Below are positions 29,511-59,379 of a DNA stretch of 64,000 bases, piece by piece. The stretch is from Chrysomallon squamiferum (taxonomy: Eukaryota; Animalia; Mollusca). Made by a program: the position numbers and the translations under genes. The notes under the pieces were generated by a model. It searched no databases, had not been told where the DNA came from, and saw nothing but the letters and a program-made list of their open reading frames with translations. Location: positions 16,802,001 to 16,866,000 of the forward strand of contig CM022676.1 of assembly GCA_012295275.1 (NCBI GenBank), written 5' to 3'. Position 1 is the stretch's first letter. Each line of letters begins with the position of its first letter.

Positions 29511-31566
29511 ATGCAACCCTTTCTGTTGCATTCATACCTTCAGCTCCAGGAAACATTGTTGAAGGAGAAACTTTAAATGTGACCTGTGTTGCTAATTGTG
29601 ACTCATCTTGTGTCTACACGTGGAGAAGTGAAGATCGGTATTTGGTCAACAGTTCTCAGTTAACTGTTGGTCCTGTGAGCAGAAATCAGACAGGACAAAC
29701 ATTTACATGTACAGCAAAAAGCTATGGATATTCAGGAAGTAACCAGTTCCAGCTTAGAGTTCTTTGTAAGTTCCAGATTCACAGATAAAATTACAACTTC
29801 AAATACGCATGAACGCACGCACACATGTCAATCACAGAAAACAAACAAACATTAAGAAAACTATTAAATGCCAGCTTTGCAGTTCTTGTTCATATCCGCT
29901 CTTCTTGTGTTACGTGAAAGCCTGATAATGATATATAAGAATATCAGAAATTAGCATAATTTACACAGCGATTACTTCATCATTTCTTCACATTTTCAAT
30001 ATCTCACTCGCAACACAATTGTAATTTAGTACACACAGTTTTAGAATTCTTTGCTATTACTCATTCGTAGTAAAACAGTTATTGTAGCTTCTCAACTTTA
30101 TAAACACCTTTTCTTTTCTTTATCTCGTTTTGACAGATACACACTTCCCAACCAAAGAGCTTCATCTATAATAAGAATCTGTCATTCACAATAATGTATT
30201 TTTTTTATGTATCATATGTAAATTATATTGTAGCTTTTCTTCATTCTGGACTCAATTTCTAAAATTATCCAGTCAAAAACTCGGATGACTCTTAAATTGT
30301 TAAAAACAGTTAAAACTGCATGAGGAGTCTCTTTCATCTTTCGCTTTACTGAACTTTTCAAATATCTGAGAGCTATCAAGATTTCGTTTTGAAACTTCAT
30401 TACATGTTCTGTTTCTTCTTTTGTTTTACTTGTTCCATAATAAGCGAAATTCTTGTCATCCTTAATAGAAAACTTCAGAGTCTACTGGAGAAAGGTGTAA
30501 GAGTAGATGAGCTGACACTGTTACCTTCTCATTACAGTACTTGTGTGAAAAAGTTAAAACTGGTTTTCTTTTAGCTACATACAAATAAACAATTCTTTAT
30601 AAATATCGTTCCTACTTTAAATCAATATAAATAATATTTATCTTTTTCTGGTTTTATTTTGTGTTAATTCGAATGTACTGGTAAATGACTCGTTTCATCT
30701 TGCAGCTCAATCGTCAGTGATTTCACGTGTAGTACATGTGTTGTATTATTGCAGACCGAACTTCTATCACATCTTTGACGTTAAACTCGAATTCTACAAA
30801 GTTAACAGTTGATGAGCTGACTCCCATGACTCTGAGATGTGAAGTTGACAGTAATCCAGCATCTCACATCAAACTGTTAAACAGATCTCAGATTCTACGT
30901 GAAGTGTACAGCTCCAAGTCAGTGGAGTACAGCTGGAATGAAGCTGGATGTCTGGATACAGGATTTTACATTTGTGAAGCAGGAAACAACATCAAGTCTG
31001 ATGTCAGTCAAAGCGTGCAGCTCGTTGTTAAATGTAACGTCTATTTTAACACATTACATTATCAGTAATAACAAAATAAGCAACGTACACACTCGTGTGC
31101 AAGTATATACATACATGCATACATGTACGCAGAGACGCACAGACAAACACTCATAATCCGACACGCTCAGACACACACACGCTCGTATCCACACTGTTTT
31201 CTTTCTTCTTCTGATATGGTCAGGTTTATCAACGTTTATTAGCTTGACTGTCTTTTTGCCTACAAGGTCAACCCAGGATTCCTTCTAGTGTGAACGTACA
31301 GAGAATCAGCTCTTCTGCCATCTCAGTGACTTGGACAGAGGAATTTAACGGCGGCTTCGTGCAGACATTCATAGTGCAGTACAGAGAAATCATGTCAGCA
31401 CACTGGATCAACGTCACAGAGAAATTTCTAGAACGTGGTCTCCATACAACCCACACAACAGTAATAGCATCTCTGAAAAGAAACACGAAATATGTTGTGA
31501 GGATTTTGGCTTATAACAAATACGGAGATAAAGGTTTTACAGATGAGAAAGATATTTTGATGACAG
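29511..31566 (+). CDS. Cassette 4: Ig1 (29511-29765) + Ig2 (30755-31033) + FN3 (31267-31566)
   Basis: Same structure; variants CVANCD, AKSYG and FN3 EIMSAH. Confidence 0.9.
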
Positions 31567-32301
31567 GTACGCATATTAATAATGAGGTAACACGCACTTC
31601 AATAAAGTTATGTATCATAGCATTTTATTTGTTCACAGTCTCGATAGGACTGGAAAACAGTTTTATAGCTTATTTTACCATGAACGTTTTAGAAATCACA
31701 ATTATTGTGCGCTATCTTGTACTTCTGGATGCAAATTTATTGCATAGATGAATTATTTTTAGTGATAATAATGGAGTGTTAACGATCGTATCTTGTTTTC
31801 AGTGAGTGTTTATAAGCAGACCTGAAACAAAGCAAAGATGCAATTTCATTAGCATGTTTCTTTAATCACATTTTTCAAGAACCATCTTCAAATGAGAAAT
31901 TTGAATACATTAATAGTTTCCTTTTCCATCATAGAGTGCTTATCCAGCTACGTTCAGGTACATTAAATATGTAACCAATATCAAATTTAGTCGTCATTAT
32001 TTTTTAAATTCTGTTTTCGATAACATTTATTGTTTTTTAATTACATACTTACTTATATATCTTGTTCTTAGTCATGACATATTTTAACTCTAAGATTCAC
32101 TTTTGGAGATATATTGACGTATTTTTTCGACTCCCTTGCAGCTTTACCGTTCAAACAGAAACCAAAAGATTCATCCTAATGTTTCTAAATGTACATTTCA
32201 TTTGCTCTTGTAATGATACACGTTATTCCGTTCCTTTTTTCTTTCTTTCTTTCTTTCATTTTTTCAAATAAAAATAAAGAAATATATATATATATTTGTA
32301 G

Positions 32302-34372
32302 ATGCAACCCTTTCTGTTGCATTCATACCTTCAGCTCCAGGAAACATTGTTGAAGGAGAAACTTTAAATGTGACCTGTGTTGCTAATTGTGACTCATCTT
32401 GTGTCTACACGTGGAGAAGTGAAGATCGGTATTTGGTCAACAGTTCTCAGTTAACTGTTGGTCCTGTGAGCAGAAATCAGACAGGACAAACATTTACATG
32501 TACAGCAAAAAGCTATGGATATTCAGGAAGTAACCAGTTCCAGCTTAGAGTTCTTTGTAAGTTCCAGATTCACAGATAAAATTACAACTTCAAATACGCA
32601 TGAACGCACGCACACATGTCAATCACAGAAAACAAACAAACATTAAGAAAACTATTAAATGCCAGCTTTGCAGTTCTTGTTCATATCCGCTCTTCTTGTG
32701 TTACGTGAAAGCCTGATAATGATATATAAGAATATCAGAAATTAGCATAATTTATACAGCGATTACTTCATCATTTCTTCACATTTTCAATATCTCACTC
32801 GCAACACAATTGTAATTTAGTACACACAGTTTTAGAATTCTTTGCTATTACTCATTCGTAGTAAAACAGTTATTGTAGCTTCTCAACTTTATAAACACCT
32901 TTTCTTTTCTTTATCTCGTTTTGACAGATATACACTTCCCAACCAAAGAGCTTCATCTATAATAAGAATCTGTCATTCACAATAATGTATTTTTTTTTTA
33001 TGTATAATATGTAAATTATATTGTAGCTTTTCTTCATTCTGGACTCAATTTCTAAAATTATCCAGTCAAAAACTCGGATGACTCTTAAATTGTTAAAAAC
33101 AGTTAAAACTGCATGAGGAGTCTCTTTCATCTTTCGCTTTACTGAACTTTTCAAATATCTGAGAGCTATCAAGATTTCGTTTTGAAACTTCATTACATGT
33201 TCTGTTTCTTCTTTTGTTTTACTTGTTCCATAATAAGCGAAATTCTTGTCATCCTTAATAGAAAACTTCAGAGTCTACTGGAGAAAGGTGTAAGAGTAGA
33301 TGTTCTTGTAGATGAGCTGACACTGTTACCTTCTCATTACAGTACTTGTGTGAAAAAGTTAAAACTGGTTTTCTTTTAGCTACATACAAATAAACAATTC
33401 TTTATAAATATCGTTCCTACTTTAAATCAATATAAATAATATTTATCTTTTCTGGTTTTATTTTGTGTTAATTCGAATGTACTGGTAAATGACTCGTTTC
33501 ATCTTGCAGCTCAATCGTCAGTGATTTCACGTGTAGTACATGTGTTGTATTATTGCAGACCGAACTTCTATCACATCTTTGACGTTAAACTCGAATTCTA
33601 CAAAGTTAACAGTTGATGAGCTGACTCCCATGACTCTGAGATGTGAAGTTGACAGTAATCCAGCATCTCACATCAAACTGTTAAACAGATCTCAGATTCT
33701 ACGTGAAGTGTACAGCTCCAAGTCAGTGGAGTACAGCTGGAATGAAGCTGGATGTCTGGATACAGGATTTTACATTTGTGAAGCAGGAAACAACATCAAG
33801 TCTGATGTCAGTCAAAGCGTGCAGCTCGTTGTTAAATGTAACGTCTATTTTTAACACATTACATTATCAGTAATAACAAAATAAGCAACGTACACACTCG
33901 TGTGCAAGTATATACATACATGCATACATGTACGCAGAGACGCACAGACAAACACTCATAATCCGACACGCTCAGACACACACACGCTCGTATCCACACT
34001 GTTTTCTTTCTTCTTCTGATATGGTCAGGTTTATCAACGTTTATTAGCTTGACTGTCTTTTTTGCCTACAAGGTCAACCCAGGATTCCTTCTAGTGTGAA
34101 CGTACAGAGAATCAGCTCTTCTGCCATCTCAGTGACTTGGACAGAGGAATTTAACGGCGGCTTCGTGCAGACATTCATAGTGCAGTACAGAGAAATCACG
34201 TCAGCACACTGGATCAACGTCACAGAGAAATTTCTAGAACGTGGTCTCCATACAACCCACACAACAGTAATAGCATCTCTGAAAAGAAACACGAAATATT
34301 TTGTGAGGATTTTGGCTTATAACAAATACGGAGATAAAGGTTTTACAGATGAGAAAGATATTTTGATGACAG
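32302..34372 (+). CDS. Cassette 5: Ig1 (32302-32556) + Ig2 (33559-33837) + FN3 (34073-34372)
   Basis: Same structure; FN3 variant KYFVR. Confidence 0.9.
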
Positions 34373-35106
34373 GTACGCATATTAATAATGAGGTAACACG
34401 CACTTCAATAAAGTTATGTATCATAGCATTTCATTTGTTCACAGTCTCGATAGGACTGGAAAACAGTTTTATAGCTTATTTTACCATGAACGTTTTAGAA
34501 ATCACAATTATTGTGCGCTATCTTGTACTTCTGGATGCAAATTTATTGCATAGATGAATTATTTTTAGTGATAATAATGGAGTGTTAACGATCGTATCTT
34601 GTTTTCAGTGAGTGTTTATAAGCAGACCTGAAACAAAGCAAAGATGCAATTTCATTAGCATGTTTCTTTAATCACATTTTTCAAGAACCATCTTCAAATG
34701 AGAAATTTGAATAAGTTAATGGTTTCCTTTTCCATCATAGAGTGCTTATCCAGCTACGTTCAGGTACATTAAATATGTAACCAATATCAAATTTAGTCGT
34801 CATTATTTTTTAAATTCTGTTTTCGATAACATTTATTGTTTTTAATTACATACTTACTTATATATCTTGTTCTTAGTCATGACATATTTTAACTCTAAGA
34901 TTCACTTTTGGAGATATATTGACGTATTTTTCGACTCCCTTGCAGCTTTTACCGTTCAAACAGAAACCAAAAGATTCATCCTAATGTTTCTAAATGTACA
35001 TTTCATTTGCTCTTGTAATGATACACGTTATTCCGTTCCTTTTTTCTTTCTTTCTTTCTTTCATTTTTTCAAATAAAAATAAAGAAATATATATATATAT
35101 TTGTAG

Positions 35107-35360
35107 ATGCAACCCTTTCTGTTGCATTCATACCTTCAGCTCCAGGAAACATTGTTGAAGGAGAAACTTTAAATGTGACCTGTGTTGCTAATTGTGACTC
35201 ATCTTGTGTCTACACGTGGAGAAGTGAAGATCGGTATTTGGTCAACAGTTCTCAGTTAACTGTTGGTCCTGTGAGCAGAAATCAGACAGGACAAACATTT
35301 ACATGTACAGCAAAAGCTATGGATATTCAGGAAGTAACCAGTTCCAGCTTAGAGTTCTTT
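35107..35360 (+). CDS. Cassette 6 (partial): Ig1 exon with apparent 1-nt deletion
   Basis: 254 nt rather than 255; the A-run at 35312-35315 has 4 A versus 5 in cassettes 4-5. It lies near the contig end, so it may be a homopolymer sequencing error. Confidence 0.65.
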
Positions 35361-36225
35361 GTAAGTTCCAGATTCACAGATAAAATTACAACTTCAAATA
35401 CGCATGAACGCACGCACACATGTCAATCACAGAAAACAAACAAACATTAAGAAAAATATTAAATGCCAGCTTTGCAGTTCTTGTTCATATCCGCTCTTCT
35501 TGTGTTACGTGAAAGCCTGATAATGATATATAAGAATATCAGAAATTAGCATAATTTACACAGCGATTACTTCATCATTTCTTCACATTTTCAATATCTC
35601 ACTCGCAACACAATTGTAATTTAGTACACACAGTTTTAGAATTCTTTGCTATTACTCATTCGTAGTAAAACAGTTATTGTAGCTTCTCAACTTTATAAAC
35701 ACCTTTTCTTTTCTTTATCTCGTTTTGACAGATACACACTTCCCAACCAAAGAGCTTCATCTATAATAAGAATCTGTCATTCACAATAATGTATTTTTTT
35801 TTTTATGTATAATATGTAAATTATATTGTAGCTTTTCTTCATTCTGGACTCAATTTCTAAAATTATCCAGTCAAAAACTCGGATGACTCTTAAATTGTTA
35901 AAAACAGTTAAAACTGCATGAGGAGTCTCTTTCATCTTTCGCTTTACTGAACTTTTCAAATATATCTGAGAGCTATCAAGATTTCGTTTTGAAACTTCAT
36001 TACATGTTCTGTTTCTTCTTTTGTTTTACTTGTTCCATAATAAAGCGAAATTCTTGTCATCCTTAATAGAAAACTTCAGAGTCTACTGGAGAAAGGTGTA
36101 AGAGTAGATGTTCTTGTAGATGAGCTGACACTGTTACCTTCTCATTACAGTACTTGTGAAAAAGTTAAAACTGGTTTTCTTTAGCTACATAAAAATAATT
36201 TTAAATATGTTCCATTTAAATCAAT

Positions 36226-36425
36226 NNNNNNNNNNNNNNNNNNNNNNNNNNNNNNNNNNNNNNNNNNNNNNNNNNNNNNNNNNNNNNNNNNNNNNNNNNN
36301 NNNNNNNNNNNNNNNNNNNNNNNNNNNNNNNNNNNNNNNNNNNNNNNNNNNNNNNNNNNNNNNNNNNNNNNNNNNNNNNNNNNNNNNNNNNNNNNNNNNN
36401 NNNNNNNNNNNNNNNNNNNNNNNNN
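36226..36425. other. Assembly gap (200 N)
   Basis: Run of N directly terminating the tandem array. Confidence 0.99.
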
Positions 36426-37064
36426 CATTCAAGCACTAATAAAGCTAAACTTAAATATTTGACACATTAATAACTTTTAATTAATGTACTGATAAAGTTG
36501 AATTGTCTGGTCCTGTTAATCATTATAATTGTCAATTATGCATAATATTTACTCTTTACAATAATAAAAGCAGATTGTTATTTCTGAAAAGAAAATAGCT
36601 TTATCACTAATTTCTATTCTGACTTTGGATTTGCTAAATTAAAATACTGAGAAAAAGAAAAACATATGTATTTTAAGCACATAACTTAGATGTAAAGAAG
36701 TATCCAATGGTGGAAGAAATTAAATATGTTTGGAAAATTGAAAAAAAAACGCATCGGTGTAAATTATTATTTACTTAATTACATATTAACCATGGCTGTG
36801 TCAGTTCATATTGAAACCTTTCAGTAATATTATTATTATTATTCTGTTTTCATTAAAATAACTATAATTAATATTCTTGATAATGACACAGATGATCGAT
36901 GTTGGTATCTACAACAACGCCAAAGATATGAGGGTATCTGTATTATACTTTAAGATATATCTTTGTAAATGAAAATTATCATATTTCTGTATGTACGGTT
37001 TTCTTTCTGAATAATTTACACTGTTATAATTGACTGATCATATATAAATATATTAAATTTTCAG

Positions 37065-51030
<13,966 letters not shown>

Positions 51031-51334
51031 AATATCTCAATATATTTACTTAAAACCTATATGTATATATTATAGATATATACGTTCATTAACTCATTCA
51101 TATACACATACGTGTATAGGTACAGACATACCTATATATTTTAGAAATTTGTTGAAATAAAAACAAATAAAACTATCAATTATTCACTATTATTGACTTT
51201 TATTAACTAAAAGAGCTAATTAAATATACATTTGTTTGCTTTTGATACAACAACATCGTTAGACATATTTGTTTTAAATATGGTTTGGTAATTGCATTAT
51301 TGTATGAATTAATTGATACTGTACAGCGATAAAT

Positions 51335-51630
51335 TTGTAAAAGTGTGATTAAACCATGTTTATTCTTATTGTAATTAATCTATGTATAGTGAAATTGTGA
51401 TTAACTATGCCTGCCAACATTGTACTTACTCTATGTCTTGTAAAATTGTGACTAAACTGTGTTTAGTAAAATTCTAATTAATCTATGTCCCGCAAAATTG
51501 TGAATGAAGTATATCTAGTTTCATATATGTGAATGAAATTGTGATTAAGCTATGTCTAGTAAAAATATAATTGATCTATGTCTAGTAAAATCGTCAATAA
51601 ACTATATCTAGTAAAACTGTTACTAATCAT
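51335..51630. repeat. Degenerate ~26 bp minisatellite (consensus about AGTAAAATTGTGATTAAACTATGTCT) downstream of stop 1
   Basis: Roughly ten imperfect tandem copies; homologous tract at 58380-58820. Confidence 0.8.
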
Positions 51631-52019
51631 TTTCATCTAGTTATACTCGAAGACCTGCTGATTCCCCAAAGTCAGAGTTCGAGCCTGATAAAGATGTGCA
51701 CCTTTTTCTAATTTCCACAAATGCAACAGGACTGTTCAATATCCTTACTTCAACGAAACAAAACAATAGATATACATTTTTATGCAGCTAGACTAGTCAT
51801 AATTTATAAATGTGTGTTTGTTCAGGCAGAAATACTTGTAACAGTGAAATATTCACACATTATAAATGAGTTCAAAACATAATGAGAGGAAGCCACGGTC
51901 ACAAAATACCCAACTACTCTTGTCTGATTAACATGAACGTATCAATAAATACCTCCACAAACCTGCTGTGAGGGAGTCACCCAATGACATGATAGTGACG
52001 AAAAAGGAACCATGTATCG

Positions 52020-52060
<41 letters not shown>

Positions 52061-53500
52061 TTTTCTACTTTTCTACGCATGTATTACAAACGACTTTAAC
52101 TTTTGTTATTAAGATATAACTGCACTTTGTGTATGGTTTATCGGAAATGCCAGAAATGTTTATAGTGGTTGATCCTTTTTTAATAATAGTATTATTATTA
52201 ATGTTTTTATTATTATTACTAGTAGTAGTAGAGAGTTGTCATTGTAGTATCAGTAGTAGTAGTAGTATTTAATTGCTCGTTGTGGCTTTTGTATATATAT
52301 ATATATATTAATGTTTGATGAAGTTAACGCAGACTTACCCAAATTACTCAGTATCGCACTCTCTATTTCAATGTAATGCAAGGGAGGTAACCTATATTAA
52401 GTATTGACTGCGGAAGTTAAATCTTAAGTGCTATACAAACATATACTGCCAGATTTTCAACGAATATAAATTTCGTAAAAATGATGGACGACAAAGAACG
52501 GCGTGCTTCGTATGATGCGATGTTCACCTTCAGTTACTGAACAACTTTTACAACACCTGCCTTGATGGCCGAGTGGATTCCGAACTGGTGCAATGCTCAG
52601 CAGCATCTGACTTTTCTCACGTCGAGACTAAACTTCGTCCTCCTGTGTCAGTACGTTCTCCAGTAGTGTTTATATGCAGAGTCTAAAGAGACGTTCATAA
52701 GACACAGAATATTCTGTTCTAAGTACATACGTATTTTAAACATATACGACCACACATACAAAAGACAAATGTACTTACCAGTTCTGTAACAGATTCGGTA
52801 TCTTTGCTACCAAAATTATACTTTTTCAATACACAACTGTCAACTAGTGTTTTCTGTGTTCAGAAATAACAACAAACTAATTGTTTTAATTATTAGTTAA
52901 CATATTCAGGTCGGATCATCTGTTGTATCAGTACATCTAGACAGTCAGCACTAAATGGAAGCTATTAGTGAATTAATTATAAGTTAACCTTTTATTTAAA
53001 AATAAAAATAAACATGATTATTGGTATTAAGGTTTGAAATCAACTATATTAAAAAGCAAATAGTAACAGTAATAATGATAATTAAGTGAATCGTGTAATT
53101 ATCATGATTTTAAAAATGTGCCTTTAGAAATTTTATTAAAAATTCCAAACTAATACACACACAGAGGCATACATATACACAGACACGCAGACAAACAGGA
53201 ATATAATAAATACAGACCTCACTGGGTACCAGCAAAACTCTGAAAGTTTACGTAATTGTGAATCCTCCAGCATCTACATTGAGATCGTACAAATTAACAG
53301 ATGTTATTACTCACAGACTTGGACACGGTACATCGATTACAAAGGAAAAGTCTGCTCTAGGGTGTTACAGTTTAACACACATTCAAGTCACAGACTTTGG
53401 AATCCTTCAAGTTGTAGTTTCAAACTGATCTACTTGAAAAGATATTGTCAATTATTACACAGTTGTTTCTGAAGTTGTTACTTTGCATTTGTCTATTAAT

Positions 53501-53560
53501 TTGGCTTACAACAAATACGGAGTTAAAGGTTTCACAGATGAGAGGATATTTTGACAACAG
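53501..53560 (+). pseudogene. 3' remnant of an FN3 exon (5' ~80% and acceptor missing, 1-nt deletion)
   Basis: TTGGCTTACAACAAATACGGAGTTAAAGGTTTCACAGATGAG (LAYNKYGVKGFTDE), then a frameshift and an intact CAG|GTACGT donor. The downstream intron resembles those after the other FN3 exons. Confidence 0.88.
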
Positions 53561-53719
53561 GTACGTATATTAATAATGAGGAAAAATGTCAGTTAGTACA
53601 GCTGTGCATCATATCATTTTATTTGCTTTCAGTCTGGAAACAGTTATATGCCTTTTTTTTTACCAGAAACGTTTATGAAATCGCCACTTATTTTGCGTTA
53701 TCTTGTACATTTGAAACAA

Positions 53720-53762
<43 letters not shown>

Positions 53763-55233
53763 ATGGAGAGATTCCAAGATTAATATTATAGTCGTATTAT
53801 GTTGTTTTTTTGCCAAAACAGGTATACGGTTTTTATTTGAATCTAACCGGAAACTTATTTTTTATTTTATGTTGGCAGCCCTTTACACAGTGTAAAATTA
53901 CTGTTTTTAACAACTTTAAGACTCAAATCATCAAAGTTCGGCTAACCCCACACAGTAATTCCAATCAGTGACTGAATTATTCATGAGATGAAAATACGGG
54001 TGTTATTTTCAATTTTTCCTCATGTTTGGATGTTCTTGCTGTTGTTTTGTGTTTCTTTTTTCTTTTTTTTTTTCTCTAGAACATTCAAATATGTTGCATC
54101 CATGTCTTCCTCCAGAGATCTCAGTTTTATTTTCTTGGAAGAATTAAATGTCTGAGGCTCAGTTGATCCTTTTTCTCAACTGTCCATGTAGCACATTCAC
54201 GTTATTATATTTACTTTGTTTCATGTTTGCATGCTTTGGTTTCATCGTTTAACTGGCCACATAGGACAAAAGTCCTCTTCGGAATGTAGAGTTGAACAAG
54301 TCACTGAGATACACTGACCTCATATCAGTGTATTCATTGGAATCAGTTCTTTGTTCTATCGAATGTTTAATCTCTTCACTGATGTTACATCTTAAGGTGA
54401 CAAATTATAAAGGATTTCGTCTTTATCAAGTTCAGCCAAATCTCGAGATTTTACCATTCTCTTGGTATAATTAAGGGAAGAATTCTCTTTGAATGTTATG
54501 TTCACGTTACACAGAATATTTGCTTTTAGAAAGTATTTGACATGTTTTTAAATCAAGCATTCGGCTCACAAAATACGTTCCTCATTTTATTTTTACCGTC
54601 TTCGGACATCCTGCCTGTCCAACAATTCGCTTCTGGATTGTAAAACTGATAAGGAAGAATACTGGAAGGTGCAGTCATGTAGCTTTGTTTTAATTATTAT
54701 TACATTTTGTTCACGGGTTCTTACTGTTAGACGATAGTGAATCAGAAAGTTCGATGTCGACTTTTTAAGGGTCCGATCAAAAACTGTTTTTTGGTTTGTT
54801 TTGAACCGCTATTTGGTTCTATATAATTCACCAGTCACCAACTCGAACAAGGGACTGTTGCGCGTAACCTCCTGTGAGACATGACAAGGAAACATGTTTG
54901 ATATACTTGTACAAAATACATTGAATCAACCTTTTAACCCCAGCCACCGCACAGAGAACAGAATACATAGGAACTCTGTACAAAAGTGATTGCAGACATT
55001 AGCCATGACGAAATAAGGCGACTGATACAAATGTTCACCCTTGCACCACTTTTATAGCTCCTTTATTTTTGTTCCTTCCTTTTTTCTATCATGTTTTGTC
55101 AGCTTCATTTCTGTGTATTTACTCTGGCATAATACGTACCAATTTAGTTTGTATTTTCTTACAGTGTACACGTCTCGAATTCTAATACTTTTTTATAGTA
55201 TATCTGTATTCAGTTTAACAAGTGTGTTTTCAG

Positions 55234-57761
<2,528 letters not shown>

Positions 57762-57903
57762 AATATCTCTCTATAAATCTGTTTACTTAAACCTTCGAAA
57801 CAATTATTTTATTACTTTTCCTGTACATATACACACACTTACACATACATACGTACATACACACACACATCCATACATACAAATATATGTATGTGTGTGT
57901 ATA

Positions 57904-57936
<33 letters not shown>

Positions 57937-57947
57937 GCATACACGTA

Positions 57948-58083
57948 TATGTGTGTCTGTACGTATCTGTGTATATGTAGGAATGAATGAACGTATCTAC
58001 TAGACAAATATATATATATATATAGGTCTAGTAGATACGTTCATTCATTCCTACATATACACATATACGTACAGACATACATA
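57948..58083. repeat. Near-perfect inverted repeat, ~58 bp arms around an (AT)n spacer
   Basis: 57948-58005 (TATGTGTGTCTGTACG...ATCTACTAGAC) is the reverse complement of 58026-58083 (GTCTAGTAGAT...CGTACAGACATACATA), with two mismatches by eye. Confidence 0.93.
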
Positions 58084-58379
58084 GGTTAAACACTGGAAAA
58101 ACCCATCTATTTGCAGGAAATGAAATTATATAACAATTATTCACTATTATTGAATTTTTATTTTTTTTTTATCGAAAGAGCTAATTAAATATATATGTTT
58201 TCCTTTTCATACCAAAACGTCGTTAGACAAATTTGTTTCAAATGTGGTTTATTACTTGTATTATGTTTACTTCAAGACAATGTAATATACAGTGCATGTT
58301 TGTATAGTATTTTATGTTCTAAAATTACAGTGTTTTTTTTTTTTCAATTAACTGATACTGTACAGCATATAATTGCGAT

Positions 58380-58820
58380 AAATCTGTAAAATTCTGATTA
58401 AACTATGTTTTTCATATTCTAATTAATCTATATATATAGTAAATTTGTGATTAACTTTTGTCTACTAAACTTCTACTTACTCTGTTTCTTTGGAAAATTG
58501 TGATTTAACTGTGCTTATTAAAATTCTAATTAATCTATGTGCATTATAATTGTGAATGAAGTAAAATTGTAATTAATCTGAGTAGAAAAATCGTTAATAA
58601 CCTATATCTAGGAAAATTGTGACTAAATTATGTCTAGTAAATCGCAATTAGTTATGTCTATTTAATTGTGATTAAATTTTGTCCAGTAAAATTCTAATTA
58701 GTCTTTGTTTAGTAAAATTGTGAATAATATATGTCTAGTAAAACTGTTATTAAACTATGCCTAGTAAGATTCTGATTAAAGTATGTGTAGTAAAATTCTG
58801 ATTAATTTGTTTCTAGTTAA
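58380..58820. repeat. Degenerate ~26 bp minisatellite downstream of stop 2
   Basis: Same consensus as 51335-51630 with more copies. Confidence 0.8.
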
Positions 58821-59379
58821 AAAAAGTGAATGTCTTTTATGTTTTGTAGAAACACATAAGTTAAGTCTTTGACATGTTATCTGATGACAATAATTTATAA
58901 TGATCATGTGATACTAGAACCCAGATCAAGAATTGTTGAAATACCACTTAATTATTGTCCACAGAACACAAAACAAACGAAAACACGTTTACAAACTTAT
59001 TATTGGTTGTCATAACAAAATACAATCAAAATAATACTCAGTCATGAACATTATAACATATTTCTTTTCGTTACTTATAACAACAGTTGTGTAATCTCAT
59101 TTCTCACATTAACTTGCCTTTAGCAGCAATATGTCCTAAGCATTTCCACAACAATCAAATTTACAACGTTTTCTGCGCTTCTTATCTCAGCTGTGCTTCT
59201 GGCATTGGTATCGTATTCAAGTCGGTGATATTTAAATATTACGTTACTTAGCGGACGTCAAAGAAATCAACTAAACACTGACTTACATCCGAACTAGTAC
59301 GTCAATTAAATCACTGGTCAAAACCAGTCTATATAATGTTATTCCATTAATTTAGTATAATCAGTAAATAATTTCACAA

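Larger units (their letters stand above)
20503..36225 (+). repeat. Tandem array of a ~2.8 kb exon cassette, about 5.6 near-identical copies, running into the gap
   Basis: Ig1 exon starts at 21109, 23907, 26707, 29511, 32302 and 35107 (spacings 2798, 2800, 2804, 2791, 2805). Introns are as well conserved as exons. Confidence 0.97.

Noticed and set aside
35311-35316. Frameshift in cassette 6 Ig1 as evidence of pseudogenisation
   Set aside because: A single missing A in a homopolymer close to a contig end, where other homopolymer discrepancies occur; more likely a sequencing error until reads are checked.
20503-36225. CRISPR-like or prokaryotic array interpretation; Dscam-style hypervariable exon array
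   Set aside because: The units are 2.8 kb eukaryotic exon-intron cassettes with no repeat-spacer structure. Copies are nearly identical, so they offer little sequence diversity compared with Dscam exon clusters.
52559-52640. tRNA or tRNA-derived SINE head (TGGCCGAGTGG A-box)
   Set aside because: No recognisable B-box or cloverleaf follows; at most a degraded fragment.
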